Assembly: GCA_963744715.1 (NCBI GenBank)
Contig: CAVUUR010000007.1
Span: forward strand, 104,770 to 168,769
Direction of reading: 5' to 3'
Length of the DNA: 64,000 bases
Source of the DNA: an uncultured bacterium
Lineage (GTDB): Bacteria > Babelota > Babeliae > Babelales > JACPOV01
The notes under the pieces: generated by a model
What the model was told of the DNA's origin: nothing
Seen by the model: only the letters and a program-made list of their open reading frames with translations
The model's database searches: none
Program-made: the position numbers and the translations under genes
Shown here: in pieces, positions 30,791 to 41,627 of the stretch
Numbering within the stretch: position 1 is the stretch's first letter
Layout of the letters: the number at the start of each line of letters is the position of its first letter

Positions 30791-32254
30791 TTAGCCACCT
30801 TTAATAACCGCAATTGGTTCTAAACGCGCTACTTTATGTGCAATGTGCGTAGCATGTACCACGTCAACGACATCTTGTACATTTTTATATGCCGCCGGCG
30901 CCTCTTCTGCTAATCCTGCATCAGAATCGCAACGCACTACAATACCCCGCGCTTCAAGTTCTTGCCGCAAGGTTGATCCGCGTATTGTTTTTTTTGCTTT
31001 AATGCGAGACATTCTTCTTCCTGCACCGTGGCAACAACTACCTAATGATTTTTCCATACTTTCATTAGTTCCGACAAGTACATAGGATGCGGTCCCCATC
31101 GTTCCAGGAATCAAAACCGGTTGACCAACCGTGTGATATTTTGCTGGTAATTCAGGTCTACCTGGCCCAAAAGAACGTGTCGCCCCTTTTCTATGCATTA
31201 AAAGTTCTATCAAACTACCATTGATAGTATGTTTTTCTCGTTTGCCAATATTGTGTGAAACATCATACACTAAAGAAAGTTTTTCTTCTTGTCCAATAAC
31301 CTTGTGCCATGCCTGGCGCACGCAATGCCCGATAAGATGTCTATTTGCCCATGCAAAATTTGATGCTGCCTGCATTGCTGCAAAATATTCTTGTCCTTCG
31401 GGGCAATTAAACGGTGCGCATACCAATTCTTTATCAGGAAGAACGATCCCCCATGAATCTAATTTCGGCATCATCATGCGTACATAATCAGTACAGGTTT
31501 GATGGCCAAGCCCACGAGAACCACAATGAATCATAATAGTGACCATATCTTCTTTAATGCCAAAAGCTTGCGCGGCTGTTTGGTCAAAAATTTCTGCAAC
31601 CCGCTGCACTTCTAAAAAATGATTACCAGAACCAAGAGTTCCGAGTTGATCACGACCTCGTTCTTTAGCTTTTGCGCTAATTAAATCGGCATTAGCACCC
31701 GCCATCATTCCTTTTTCTTCACAATATTCAATGTCAGTACCAATGCCGTATTCAAGTTCTAGCATGTATTGCGCGCCCTGTTGCAAAACTTTATTCAGCT
31801 CCGGTATTTTTAATTTCAGCTTACCGCCTTGCCCAACACCGGAAGGAACCGCATGAAATAATGCCGTCGCCAATGATGCAAGATATGGTTGTATATCAGC
31901 AGTACTCATCGTAGAAGCCAATAAACGAACCCCACAATTAATATCATATCCTATGCCGCCCGGAGAAATAACACCATTATGTGCAATTGCAGTACCGGCA
32001 ACACCACCAATAGGAAAACCGTACCCTTCATGAATATCAGGCATAGCATACGCATGTTGCACGATGCCGGGCAACGTTGCTACATTTACTAATTGCTCAA
32101 GTGAGCGATCATCAAAAACCTCTTCAAGAATTTTTTCATCGGCAAAAAGACGCGCAGGAACTCGCATATCAGAACGATACGATTGTGGAATTTCATAGAT
32201 GTTTTCATCAACTTTTATAAGATCTTCTTTACGTACTTTTATTTTTTCTTCCAT
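30791..32254 (-). CDS. rtcB: RtcB RNA ligase
   Basis: MPDIHEGYGFPIGG, YDINCGVR, GSGNHFLE, HCGSRG, SHN, HRKGAT, HGAGR. Confidence 0.97.
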   Translation of the reverse strand: MEEKIKVRKEDLIKVDENIYEIPQSYRSDMRVPARLFADEKILEEVFDDRSLEQLVNVATLPGIVQHAYAMPDIHEGYGFPIGGVAGTAIAHNGVISPGGIGYDINCGVRLLASTMSTADIQPYLASLATALFHAVPSGVGQGGKLKLKIPELNKVLQQGAQYMLELEYGIGTDIEYCEEKGMMAGANADLISAKAKERGRDQLGTLGSGNHFLEVQRVAEIFDQTAAQAFGIKEDMVTIMIHCGSRGLGHQTCTDYVRMMMPKLDSWGIVLPDKELVCAPFNCPEGQEYFAAMQAASNFAWANRHLIGHCVRQAWHKVIGQEEKLSLVYDVSHNIGKREKHTINGSLIELLMHRKGATRSFGPGRPELPAKYHTVGQPVLIPGTMGTASYVLVGTNESMEKSLGSCCHGAGRRMSRIKAKKTIRGSTLRQELEARGIVVRCDSDAGLAEEAPAAYKNVQDVVDVVHATHIAHKVARLEPIAVIKGG

Positions 32255-32269
32255 TACTCTTCTCCTGCA

Positions 32270-32710
32270 TCAAATATCAAAGACAATATCAGTTTGCCAA
32301 ACGTTATTTATTTTTTTTATATCAAGATCATGATAGGTGACCGCTTTTATTTCAAGCTCAAAACGATCAATATGAATACCACAAACTACGGCATCTACGG
32401 TAGTTGATGTTACTGTTTTTATGTGCGCATCCAAGTATGCTTCATTATAAACATCCGAAAAATAGAGAGCTTCTGATAAAAAATCAACCAGTAACGACGA
32501 CAAATCCGCCGCTTCAAGTTGTATTGTATGTTGAATTTCTAATTTTTTACAGACCAGGCGTTCATTAATAAGTTCACACTTATTTGTTTGCGGCCCAATA
32601 CTTTGAAACATACCGATAAGTGCATTTTTAAATAATTCTCCGAGCGTTGATCCGTACACACGAATTTTCAGATCAGCAGTATGGGGAAGTGATTCAAAAT
32701 CAATAGCCAT
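32270..32710 (-). CDS. Archease
   Basis: HTADLKI, EIKAVTYH and C-terminal FDI; adjacent to rtcB. Confidence 0.93.
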   Translation of the reverse strand: MAIDFESLPHTADLKIRVYGSTLGELFKNALIGMFQSIGPQTNKCELINERLVCKKLEIQHTIQLEAADLSSLLVDFLSEALYFSDVYNEAYLDAHIKTVTSTTVDAVVCGIHIDRFELEIKAVTYHDLDIKKINNVWQTDIVFDI

Positions 32711-32811
32711 AATCTTTTAACTCTCGTAATGCATACAAATATACGCATACTATATCGATTATGGCTATAATGTAAATAACAAAAGATTCTACGTATAAAT
32801 TTCAATATCTA

Positions 32812-33108
32812 TCATGGATACCAAACATCATCTAGAGCACTATATTGATTAGTATCCTGCGTGTTATATGCCGGTATATACGTAACGCCGCCCCGACAAG
32901 GGGTGTCATAGTACATGACCGTTTGTGGTTCTTGTTTTTTTCCAGCAGTCTTATACTTTTCTTCAGCTGTTAACGTTGTTGCTACATGTGCCATTACGGC
33001 AACTTTATTAGTATTATCTTGTTGCTGAGTATTAGCATTCTCAACAGAATATACCGGTAATGGTACAAATCCCATTACTATAAGCATTAACGTTTTATGT
33101 ATAGTCAT
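32812..33108 (-). CDS. Hypothetical exported protein
   Basis: 98-aa ORF with GGGGA RBS and signal peptide. Confidence 0.6.
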   Translation of the reverse strand: MTIHKTLMLIVMGFVPLPVYSVENANTQQQDNTNKVAVMAHVATTLTAEEKYKTAGKKQEPQTVMYYDTPCRGGVTYIPAYNTQDTNQYSALDDVWYP

Positions 33109-33325
33109 AAAATCCCCAAAAAAACTTGTGTAATTAAAAAAATATATAAATAAAAAATAATTGAAATTTATAATCGTTTTTCAGTAATTTGTCAACGAGA
33201 ATCACTAGTTACATTAATGTTATAATGTTCTGTACATAAAAAATAAAAATAGATTGATCATACATCATTAACTTTTTACACTAACATTATTCACCTACTT
33301 AGTATAAAAAAAAATAAGAACATAT

Positions 33326-33763
33326 ATGGCTCTCCTTATTAAAGAAATTTTACCGTCACTTCTGCCATCTGAACGTCAATGGCAAATACAGTTACTACAA
33401 AAATGGGAAATCATTTTGGGTAATTTAAAAACACGTGTCGTTCTTGAAAAGATTCAGCATGATACCTTAGTTCTTGGGGTATATGATGCAAGTTGGATGC
33501 AGGAACTTTATCTACTTTCTCCACTTATTTTAGAAACTATTAACAAAAATCTAGATCAATCACCCATAAAACAATTACGTTTTAAACAAGCACACCGCAA
33601 AAAAGTAGTGCATAAAAAAAATATAGTAAAACATAAAAAAGAATATACAACAGAACCTATTATGAACTCGAAACAGCACGATGCCTTAAAACAAATTATG
33701 GATCCAGAATTAAAATCAGCATTATATAATTTTTTAATACGATGCTGTAAGGAGAATGTATGA
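33326..33763 (+). CDS. dciA: DUF721/DciA-like helicase loader
   Basis: W..I.G, TLVLGV.DASWMQEL and IKQLRF pattern. Confidence 0.72.
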   Translation: MALLIKEILPSLLPSERQWQIQLLQKWEIILGNLKTRVVLEKIQHDTLVLGVYDASWMQELYLLSPLILETINKNLDQSPIKQLRFKQAHRKKVVHKKNIVKHKKEYTTEPIMNSKQHDALKQIMDPELKSALYNFLIRCCKENV

Positions 33764-35403
33764 AATATGGTATTAACATCTTGCATCTCATGGTTCTCAT
33801 ATCATGTATAAGTACTATTATTGCTGATAATTATGATCAGCATTATCATCTTTATTTATGGGGTTATTATAACCAATTGCAAACAAACTTTAGCGTAGCT
33901 GAAGAATGCTATAATAAAATTTTTAATTCTTCTGGCTCCATATATGCTTATACTGGTTATTTAGATCTTTTGTTTGCGACCAAGCGTTATAACAGTATTG
34001 CTCAATTAATGCCGCGCCTGGAACATCATATTAATACTATACCAACACAACTCATTTTTATTAAAACATTAGAAAATATTGGCAACCAAGAAGAAGCTGA
34101 TAAAAAAATGATTGCACTAAGCGCACAAGGAAAACAAAATACAGAGATTATCTATAATACGGCACTTGCACAAGTTAGAATGAATGATCCGTTAAAAGCA
34201 ATTGCTACTATTGATGAATATTTACAAAACGTACCCGAAAAAATGGAAACCTTTATTTTCTATTTTCTTAAAGCACAAATTTACATGCGTATCTATAGAC
34301 AAAATGATGCAGCCGTTATGGTCAAAAAATGCCTAGAGCTTAATCCATTGTTTCAAGAAGGTTGGCTTTTTTCCGGCATAATTCATGAATTGCAAGGAAA
34401 TATTGATCAAGCAATTCGCGGTTATCAAAAATTTTTAACCTTTGTTCAGCATGATCAGGCTGTCGAGCAACAATTAATGCTACTGCTCATGAAACAACAG
34501 CAACAAAGTATTCACGCAACTGAAACCAATGCTTTCGAACACGCAATTAATCTCTATAAAGAAAAAAAATATGCCGACGCTTTAACTACAATTGATACTT
34601 ATTTAAAAAAAAATCCGATCGATGTGCAAGCACGTCTTTTTAAAATTGAACTACTCTGTACGCTTTCGCAATCAAGTAATGCACTCAATTTATTGAAACA
34701 GTGGATTAATAATGATCAAAAAAATGAGGTTTGGTTTCGAACCCTTCATCTGCTTTATTTAGCAGGAGTTAATCAAGATAAAATAATAGAACTATTACAA
34801 GAAATAGAAAAAAATAAATCCGATTCTATAATGCCATTATTATATTTGGCAGATATTTATCTAAAAAAACATGACACACAAAAATCACAAGAATATTTAA
34901 TTAAAGGATTATCGCTGACGGATAATGGAATGCTGAAAGCAAAAATAGCGTATCAGTTAATGATAATTTATCTTGAACAAAAAAATAGTGACGCATTAAA
35001 AGAAGTTATAGCCAAGCATGAGCATTATGCGAAAGATTTTCCTCCTCTCTTAAACTTACTTGCTTACTATTATGCAACAAAGGGGCACAATGTCCCAAAG
35101 GCTCAAAAATATATACAACAGGCATTAGTTGATAATGCAGAAAATGTACATTTTTTAGATACACAGGCATTAATTTTGTATAAAGAAAATAACTATCAAA
35201 AAGCAAAAACATTACTAACAACGTTATTAGATCAAGCTCCCGATGATTTTTTTATTATATATCACCTGAGCAAAACGCATTACAAAATGGGTGATACAGC
35301 ACAAGCAATAGATCTCATGGCAAAAGCATATAGCAAGGCACCTTCATATAAAAAAAATACTTGTGAAGCATTACTTAAACAATGGAAGCAACGTTCATCA
35401 TGA
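33760..35403 (+). CDS. Exported TPR-repeat protein
   Basis: Signal peptide and many TPR-like helical repeats (AEECYNKI, CLELNP, LDTQALILY). Confidence 0.85.
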   Translation: MKYGINILHLMVLISCISTIIADNYDQHYHLYLWGYYNQLQTNFSVAEECYNKIFNSSGSIYAYTGYLDLLFATKRYNSIAQLMPRLEHHINTIPTQLIFIKTLENIGNQEEADKKMIALSAQGKQNTEIIYNTALAQVRMNDPLKAIATIDEYLQNVPEKMETFIFYFLKAQIYMRIYRQNDAAVMVKKCLELNPLFQEGWLFSGIIHELQGNIDQAIRGYQKFLTFVQHDQAVEQQLMLLLMKQQQQSIHATETNAFEHAINLYKEKKYADALTTIDTYLKKNPIDVQARLFKIELLCTLSQSSNALNLLKQWINNDQKNEVWFRTLHLLYLAGVNQDKIIELLQEIEKNKSDSIMPLLYLADIYLKKHDTQKSQEYLIKGLSLTDNGMLKAKIAYQLMIIYLEQKNSDALKEVIAKHEHYAKDFPPLLNLLAYYYATKGHNVPKAQKYIQQALVDNAENVHFLDTQALILYKENNYQKAKTLLTTLLDQAPDDFFIIYHLSKTHYKMGDTAQAIDLMAKAYSKAPSYKKNTCEALLKQWKQRSS

Positions 35404-36422
35404 ATAACAAAAAAACACTGTGCCTAGTAGCCGGTAGATCTGGCGGACATATTATTCCCTGTTTAACACTTGCTGAAAAATATTTACAGCAAAAACAATA
35501 TACTGCTTTTATTTTTTTTACATCAAAAAAAAATCTTGATCACCGTATCATTGCTAACTACTCTTGTATTGATCAAATTATCTCATTATCTCTTGAAAAT
35601 ATTCCTTATAAGCAACCATGGAAGTATCCTTTATATATAATTTCTTTTTTATGGTCATGTTTTGTTAGTATTTATAGATTGTGGGAAATAAAACCTGAAA
35701 AAATTATTAGCACGGGTGGCTATATAGCACTTCCTGTTTGTATTGCAGGAAGGTTATTAAAAATACCTATTGAGCTTTGGGAATTAAATGCTATCCCCGG
35801 AAAATCCGCACTGTTATTAGCGCGTTTTTCAACAACTATTAACACCTGTTTTAAAGAAGCGCAACATTATTTTCCATTTGCTACCTGCACCATGAATGAA
35901 TATCCCATACGATTTGAAAAGCATAGTTCTCTTTCTAACAAAACCTTCACTAAGCCTATAATTATATTAATATTAGGTGGATCGCAAGGATCTCAATTTC
36001 TCAATACACTTATGCAAAAATGGCTTATTACTGCACATGATCTTTTTTCGCATATTCATATCATTCATCAAACGGGTAATAATTTTTTGGATGCAGTAAA
36101 AAAATTCTATCGTGATAACGATATTTCAGCAGATGTTTTTGACTTTGACGATCAACTCTATCAGTACTATCAGCAAGCTACCATCGTTATTTGCCGAGCC
36201 GGAGCGGGAACGTTATTTGAAACAGTTTTTTTTAAGAAACCTTGTATTACGATTCCTCTTGAGACCAAACAAACCAATCATCAATATGCCAATGCCTGTT
36301 CGTTGGCTGAGCAATACCCTAATATTATTACTGTTTTTCGCCAACACGATATCGATGTTAATTCTGCATCATTTTTTTCAACGTTACGAAATTACATCAC
36401 GAAAGCCATTGAGACGGCTTAG
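35382..36422 (+). CDS. murG: MurG glycosyltransferase (likely start 35400)
   Basis: GRSGGHIIP, STGGY, ELNAIPG, LGGSQGS, HQTG, CRAGAGT, HQYANA. Confidence 0.94.
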   Translation: MEATFIMNNKKTLCLVAGRSGGHIIPCLTLAEKYLQQKQYTAFIFFTSKKNLDHRIIANYSCIDQIISLSLENIPYKQPWKYPLYIISFLWSCFVSIYRLWEIKPEKIISTGGYIALPVCIAGRLLKIPIELWELNAIPGKSALLLARFSTTINTCFKEAQHYFPFATCTMNEYPIRFEKHSSLSNKTFTKPIIILILGGSQGSQFLNTLMQKWLITAHDLFSHIHIIHQTGNNFLDAVKKFYRDNDISADVFDFDDQLYQYYQQATIVICRAGAGTLFETVFFKKPCITIPLETKQTNHQYANACSLAEQYPNIITVFRQHDIDVNSASFFSTLRNYITKAIETA

Positions 36423-38340
36423 CGCCAAGCCCATAAATATAATAATTAATACCTGCTTTGCGTATAATAGGATAATTTTCGATACTAATCGGCCCAGAAA
36501 TAAACATATCGAAAATATGTTGTCCTTGACTTGAAAAAGTTCTTCCAGATGGCTGAGCAGTCGGATTAACAAATAATCCTTTATTGCCTTTTTGTTGCAT
36601 ATATTCTTTGATAGTAGCGGTAACGGCATTTTTATTAGTTGGATATGAGCTAATCCATTGGGGGATTTTTTCTGCTATTTCTTTCTGAACCGCATCTTGC
36701 AAGGTAATCTGGCCCGCAGAATTTTTTATGTAATAACTATCATCAAAATAAAATGCATTAATTAATTGATCAATTCTCAATTCAGCTGGCTCCACATAAT
36801 AATAAAACGTATCTTCCGTGATACCATGCGGTGTAAAATAATCGGCTAATAGCAGATACCCAATAACACCAGAATTATCTTTTCCCTTCGTATCATCAAT
36901 AATATTATTTTTTTTTGTCTCCATTAATCCATGTTTTAGCGATTGCGTAATAGCGGTAGAAATTGATTCCGGTGCTATTTTACCACTACTTAATCTATCA
37001 AGAAATTGTTGAGCTTTTTTATCATCTTGCGTATTTAATAGCACACCGTATAACCATGCTTCTTTTTCTGCAATTTGTGGGCGAATAAGTTCAAAATCGA
37101 GCACAGATCCCCGAGCAACTTTTTTTACTACCGTAAAATCATGTGTTTTATAGGTAACCCACAACGTTTCTGGCGTATCAAAAGGAATAGCAGAATAATC
37201 TTCTTTTGCTTGATTTTCTGACATTTTTTTATCAATTGCTTCTGCTTGCGCTGCCGATTGATACCAAATATGGCACTCAACTGGATTAATATCGCGAACA
37301 CGTTCAGTCGGCTGCTTAAAATTACCAACAGAAAGTCCCTGCATACCAATAGATAATGCGCCTTTATTATCGTATACCTCATAGGTATACATCATAGAAC
37401 CGGCAGGATCATATTTTTTTGTTTTTTCATCAAATGAAACATTGGCTATTCCCTCGGAAGCAATCGGTAAATAACCAATAACGTTGTCTTTATGTGCAAA
37501 CACAAATGCACGCTTTTCATCTTTTGCTGGCCTAATAGAAGTTGGCTTACCCGTCGTTGACTGTAATAAACTGAAGGATTCCGGCTCTAATGAGACCGTA
37601 TACGATTTTTCATCTTTTGAAAATGTTAAAGTAACATCATTGGCTGTGGAGCTATTATAAAAAGTGCCAATGAATTCTTGCGTTGTTGCTTTTATACCTA
37701 AGTACTCACCTTTAACCTGTCCTGCATCAGTATAGGTTCGATAATAATAAATATTATCATCATGAGCTGGCCATGGATAAATATCTTGGCGCAATAAACT
37801 ATATTTTTTCAATTTTTCTGTTGTAACGATCCCTCCAAAAAGTCCTTTAATTATTGCCTCGCCTCCACCACCAATATTCAAATTTTCAGTTCCTTTTGGG
37901 CTGGTAGAATATTGTTGAATATCAGCTCGTCCAGCATCAGCACAAAGCCACACGCTAATGTATAATTGTTGTTTATAAAAAGTTGTTCCGCTGGTATCAT
38001 TCGGCATAACAACCGCACTGTTTGCAAGATTTCCTGAAAAATCTGCCCCCAATACCGGTGTGACATGTTGAATAGCAACGAAAATAGGTGCCGGCGCATC
38101 ATTCCATGCTAGTAAGCTATAATGATAGTCGGCAGTAACAAAACCAAAACTTTGTCCCATTCCTTTAATAAAACCTGATGCACCATCCCATGTATTTTGC
38201 GCCGTCGTAACTACCTGATTTTTTATGTCATTCCATTTTTGATCCACATCACGAGAATAAATGGAAACACTGTGTATTAATAAAAAGAAATATAACATTG
38301 TTAATATTTGTTTCATAATAACTCCTTTTTGGGAAAACAT
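36397..38340 (-). CDS. Large hypothetical exported protein
   Basis: 647-aa ORF; AGGAG RBS before MKQIL; signal peptide; no recognised domain. Confidence 0.75.
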   Translation of the reverse strand: MFSQKGVIMKQILTMLYFFLLIHSVSIYSRDVDQKWNDIKNQVVTTAQNTWDGASGFIKGMGQSFGFVTADYHYSLLAWNDAPAPIFVAIQHVTPVLGADFSGNLANSAVVMPNDTSGTTFYKQQLYISVWLCADAGRADIQQYSTSPKGTENLNIGGGGEAIIKGLFGGIVTTEKLKKYSLLRQDIYPWPAHDDNIYYYRTYTDAGQVKGEYLGIKATTQEFIGTFYNSSTANDVTLTFSKDEKSYTVSLEPESFSLLQSTTGKPTSIRPAKDEKRAFVFAHKDNVIGYLPIASEGIANVSFDEKTKKYDPAGSMMYTYEVYDNKGALSIGMQGLSVGNFKQPTERVRDINPVECHIWYQSAAQAEAIDKKMSENQAKEDYSAIPFDTPETLWVTYKTHDFTVVKKVARGSVLDFELIRPQIAEKEAWLYGVLLNTQDDKKAQQFLDRLSSGKIAPESISTAITQSLKHGLMETKKNNIIDDTKGKDNSGVIGYLLLADYFTPHGITEDTFYYYVEPAELRIDQLINAFYFDDSYYIKNSAGQITLQDAVQKEIAEKIPQWISSYPTNKNAVTATIKEYMQQKGNKGLFVNPTAQPSGRTFSSQGQHIFDMFISGPISIENYPIIRKAGINYYIYGLGAKPSQWLS

Positions 38341-38556
38341 CAGTTAGTGTATCAAACTATATCAGGCAATTGTTATGATATTCGATAGTTCAATAATACT
38401 TTTTATATTATCTTCTAATACTTTAATTATTGTAAAAAAATTCTATCTAAAAAAATCTCTTTAAAAAAAATAATTTCTCTTGATTTGCTCAATCGTTGTG
38501 CTAGGTTCTAAAAAATAAAATGAAGCACAATGTTTAGTAAAAAAAGAGAGTGAGTA

Positions 38557-40590
38557 GTGATGAAGAGATTCTTTTTTGTATGCATGATACTTTTTACACC
38601 ATTCAGATTTTTTGCGCATTCCAGTACCGATTATATACCCAAGTATGGTAATAACAATTATCCACAAATAACTGGGCACACTTCTACATCTTATCAAAAA
38701 AATAATGGAAATGTTCTTTTACAAGCTCTTAAAAAAATAGCAGAGCCCGCAGCTGTTCTAGCTTTTTTAGTATGCTGTGCATACGAATGGTGGAAGGGAG
38801 AAAAAGAATTAAAAGATCCGTATAAAAAAGATCGGAATTATGATAAAGAACTGCGCAATCGGTTAGAGCAAGAATATCCTAAGCTGCTTGCACTTGCTCA
38901 TACATCTAACTATGATAGCGTACCCCCTCATGTAATCAAGCAGCGATTGAATAGTTTAATAGTGCATACTAATAATCATGCTACGTATGAAATCAGTACA
39001 AAAACATTCTTGTTATCTGCATCAGCACAACAACTATTAGGCGAACATAATCTTCCAATCAATACATACCAAACATTGCGAGGATCGACCTTGCAGCATA
39101 CTATCCATACGGAATGCTTGCAGGTTATTGATAGTATTGCAGGTACGAGCGTAACGCAAACCAATAATTTTCTAATGTCATTCGTTGAACTGAGCAGACA
39201 ACATAATTATGCCGGCATGGTTACCGATGCACTTAACCTCCTTGATGTGTGTTGGTCTTTTATGCGATCGACTGCGCTCGCCATCGGCGAAGGTATTTTG
39301 GAAGAAATCAATGCTACTAAAACTGCAATAAGCAACGCAATTACTAATCCACAAGGTGCTGTGATTGAATTAGTAACCAGTGCAAAAAATACTGCCTATG
39401 GTTTAATGCACGCTATTAAAAAATATCCAGCATTATTTTCTGTTGTAGTACTACCAGGCCATGAACCATTACTTGCTGCAGGTGAATTAGTTAACTTGGG
39501 AAATTCTTTTCGACACTATTCTATTAATAATTCTGAAGAATTATTAGGAATAATAGCATCGACACAACATACCCTTAATAATTACAAAAGTCCTCCTCTG
39601 GCATTTGCACAAAGCATAGAAAATACCGCGCATTGTTTAGTTCGTTTCATTAAACAACATCAATCACTTATTTCGATTTTACAAGAGAATTATAAGAAAC
39701 AAGCATTAACCCTCACTCAAGAAGTGAGCCGAACCGCACATGCATTACAATTGTATTGCGTCAATAATCCGTATGATGCACTCAAACAGAGTTCACGTTT
39801 GGTTACACAAACTGTTCTGTTGCCTGCAACAGCCCATTGTTTGAATAAAATTTTTACGGCTGCGTATCATAAGATTCCTGCCTATGTTGAAAAAATAAAA
39901 CAAGGCAGCAGCGCACTCACCGCACAAGAAGTACCGGTTGCTGTTGCATTGCAAACAACTGAAATTATTACACCAGCTGCATTACAAGAAGAATTTGTGG
40001 TGTTAGCAAATACGGTTCAAGAAGAAACCGCTGCTGGATCACTCGTCAGTAGTATTCCATTAGTTCAAGACCTTGTAACAAATTTAACGGTGCTTTTAGA
40101 ACCAGTGAGACAAAAATTGCCGCAGTTCAAACAAATGTTTGATAATACACGAAAAGGATTTGGTGAGTTTGCTACTAAATATATTAAAATTCCTTATAAT
40201 CATATTTTAGGTATTGATTGGACTATCGATGCAAAGGGCATAGCAAAGTGGTTCGGGTTTCATCATGACCTTATGGGCGCTATTGAAAAAAGTAAGCTTG
40301 TGCAATTCGTGAATAAAGTTGTACACAGTAACGGATTCTACACTGCAGATGTTATTATTAATGGTATTCAACAGCCTAAAACTTTTTTCCCGCAACATTG
40401 GTCGCACGAAAAGGTAATTAGTAAAGTTCTGGAGGCATATGACAATTTCATCAAGAATGGCGCTAAAAATTACAAATTAAATAAAGATGGCAAATATATT
40501 TTAACCGGATTCATTGAGGAAGGCATAGAAATCAAAATGTATATCACTAAAAAAGGTCAAATAACAACCGCTTACCCAATATTGACCTGA
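38557..40590 (+). CDS. Polymorphic toxin: signal peptide, unrecognised helical N-terminus and C-terminal bacterial EndoU nuclease
   Basis: C-terminal HILG...GFHH...KTFFP.HW...EAY...G..I......GQITTAYP EndoU signature with His-His-Lys triad. Confidence 0.85.
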   Translation: MMKRFFFVCMILFTPFRFFAHSSTDYIPKYGNNNYPQITGHTSTSYQKNNGNVLLQALKKIAEPAAVLAFLVCCAYEWWKGEKELKDPYKKDRNYDKELRNRLEQEYPKLLALAHTSNYDSVPPHVIKQRLNSLIVHTNNHATYEISTKTFLLSASAQQLLGEHNLPINTYQTLRGSTLQHTIHTECLQVIDSIAGTSVTQTNNFLMSFVELSRQHNYAGMVTDALNLLDVCWSFMRSTALAIGEGILEEINATKTAISNAITNPQGAVIELVTSAKNTAYGLMHAIKKYPALFSVVVLPGHEPLLAAGELVNLGNSFRHYSINNSEELLGIIASTQHTLNNYKSPPLAFAQSIENTAHCLVRFIKQHQSLISILQENYKKQALTLTQEVSRTAHALQLYCVNNPYDALKQSSRLVTQTVLLPATAHCLNKIFTAAYHKIPAYVEKIKQGSSALTAQEVPVAVALQTTEIITPAALQEEFVVLANTVQEETAAGSLVSSIPLVQDLVTNLTVLLEPVRQKLPQFKQMFDNTRKGFGEFATKYIKIPYNHILGIDWTIDAKGIAKWFGFHHDLMGAIEKSKLVQFVNKVVHSNGFYTADVIINGIQQPKTFFPQHWSHEKVISKVLEAYDNFIKNGAKNYKLNKDGKYILTGFIEEGIEIKMYITKKGQITTAYPILT

Positions 40591-40604
40591 AAATAAGGAA
40601 ATCA

Positions 40605-40985
40605 ATGAATAATTTTTTTAAACTAATGCTGACAGAAAACTATTATTGTTATGATGATGCCGATACCGTAGAGATGTGTATTTTAAGCCGCTTTTTAACA
40701 TCTGATGTTTACTGCTTTGGCTCACGGTATAAAGAATGGGCACTTTTTGATACTCAATATACTAAGTATGGAGGTAACATAACTTTTCTTGAAAAAAAAG
40801 ATGGATACATTATTATCAGTGATCAATATTCTGAAGAACCGGATGGGGGACCTTATTTTCCTATCGAACAACCGGAGTTTGTAAAACTTCTTGATGAATG
40901 GGAAAATATTTGCAAACAAAACCCTAAACCACAAGAAATTCTCATTACGTATGATGGCAAGCATTTCACGTTTGCTTGTAAATAA
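40605..40985 (+). CDS. Cognate immunity protein 1
   Basis: 126-aa acidic ORF right after the toxin with AAGGA RBS; two paralogs downstream. Confidence 0.8.
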   Translation: MNNFFKLMLTENYYCYDDADTVEMCILSRFLTSDVYCFGSRYKEWALFDTQYTKYGGNITFLEKKDGYIIISDQYSEEPDGGPYFPIEQPEFVKLLDEWENICKQNPKPQEILITYDGKHFTFACK

Positions 40986-40986
40986 T

Positions 40987-41202
40987 CCTAAAACTTTTTT
41001 CCCTCAACATTGGCCACGAGAAAAAGTGATCAGTAAGATTCTTGAAGCCTAGGACCATTTCATTAAAACTGGCGCAAAAAATTACAAATTACAACCTAAT
41101 GGTAAATATTTGGTGACAGGATTCACTGATGAAGGTATAAAAATAGAAATGTATATTACTAAAAAAGGGCAGATAACAACCGCTTACCCGGTACTAGAAT
41201 GA
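40987..41202 (+). pseudogene. Orphan EndoU toxin tip fragment 1
   Basis: PKTFFPQHWPREKVISKILEA*DHF...ITTAYPVLE*; no start codon; in-frame TAG at 41050. Confidence 0.85.
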
Positions 41203-41212
41203 GGATAATTTA

Positions 41213-41596
41213 ATGAAAAAAAATTATTTAAAAATTGTTACCCATGGTCTTTCTAGTTACGAACATACAGATACTAGGGAAATGTGTATACTTGGATGTT
41301 TTTTAACATCAGATGTTTATTGTTTTGGTCCATCAACGTATAAAGAATGGGCACTTTTCGATACTGAATATGCTAAGTATGGAGGCAATATAACTTCTCT
41401 TGAAAAAAAAGATGGATACATTATTGTCAGTGATCAATATTCTGAAGAACCTGATTGGGGACCTTATTTTCCCATCGAACAATCAGAGTTTGTAAAACTT
41501 CTTGATGAATCGGAAAAGATTTGCAAACAAAATCCTAAGCCACAAGAAATTCTTGTTACGTACGACGGAAAACATTTCACGTTTGCTTGCAAATAA
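41213..41596 (+). CDS. Orphan immunity protein 2
   Basis: Close paralog of 40605..40985 (FLTSDVYCFG, YKEWALFDT, YGGNIT, YDGKHFTFACK); GAGG RBS. Confidence 0.82.
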   Translation: MKKNYLKIVTHGLSSYEHTDTREMCILGCFLTSDVYCFGPSTYKEWALFDTEYAKYGGNITSLEKKDGYIIVSDQYSEEPDWGPYFPIEQSEFVKLLDESEKICKQNPKPQEILVTYDGKHFTFACK

Positions 41597-41627
41597 TTAT
41601 AAACCTACTTAACTATTAGGATTACCA

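Larger units (their letters stand above)
40375..41596 (+). repeat. Tandem duplication (about 610-bp unit) of toxin 3' end plus immunity gene
   Basis: CCTAAAACTTTTTTCCC..CAACATTGG at 40375 and 40987; both units end in CATTTCACGTTTGCTTG.AAATAA. Confidence 0.85.

Noticed and set aside
41050..41052. Read-through or pyrrolysine at the in-frame TAG in the orphan tip
   Set aside because: The fragment has no start codon and lacks both catalytic His; a one-base change from a Tyr codon is simpler.
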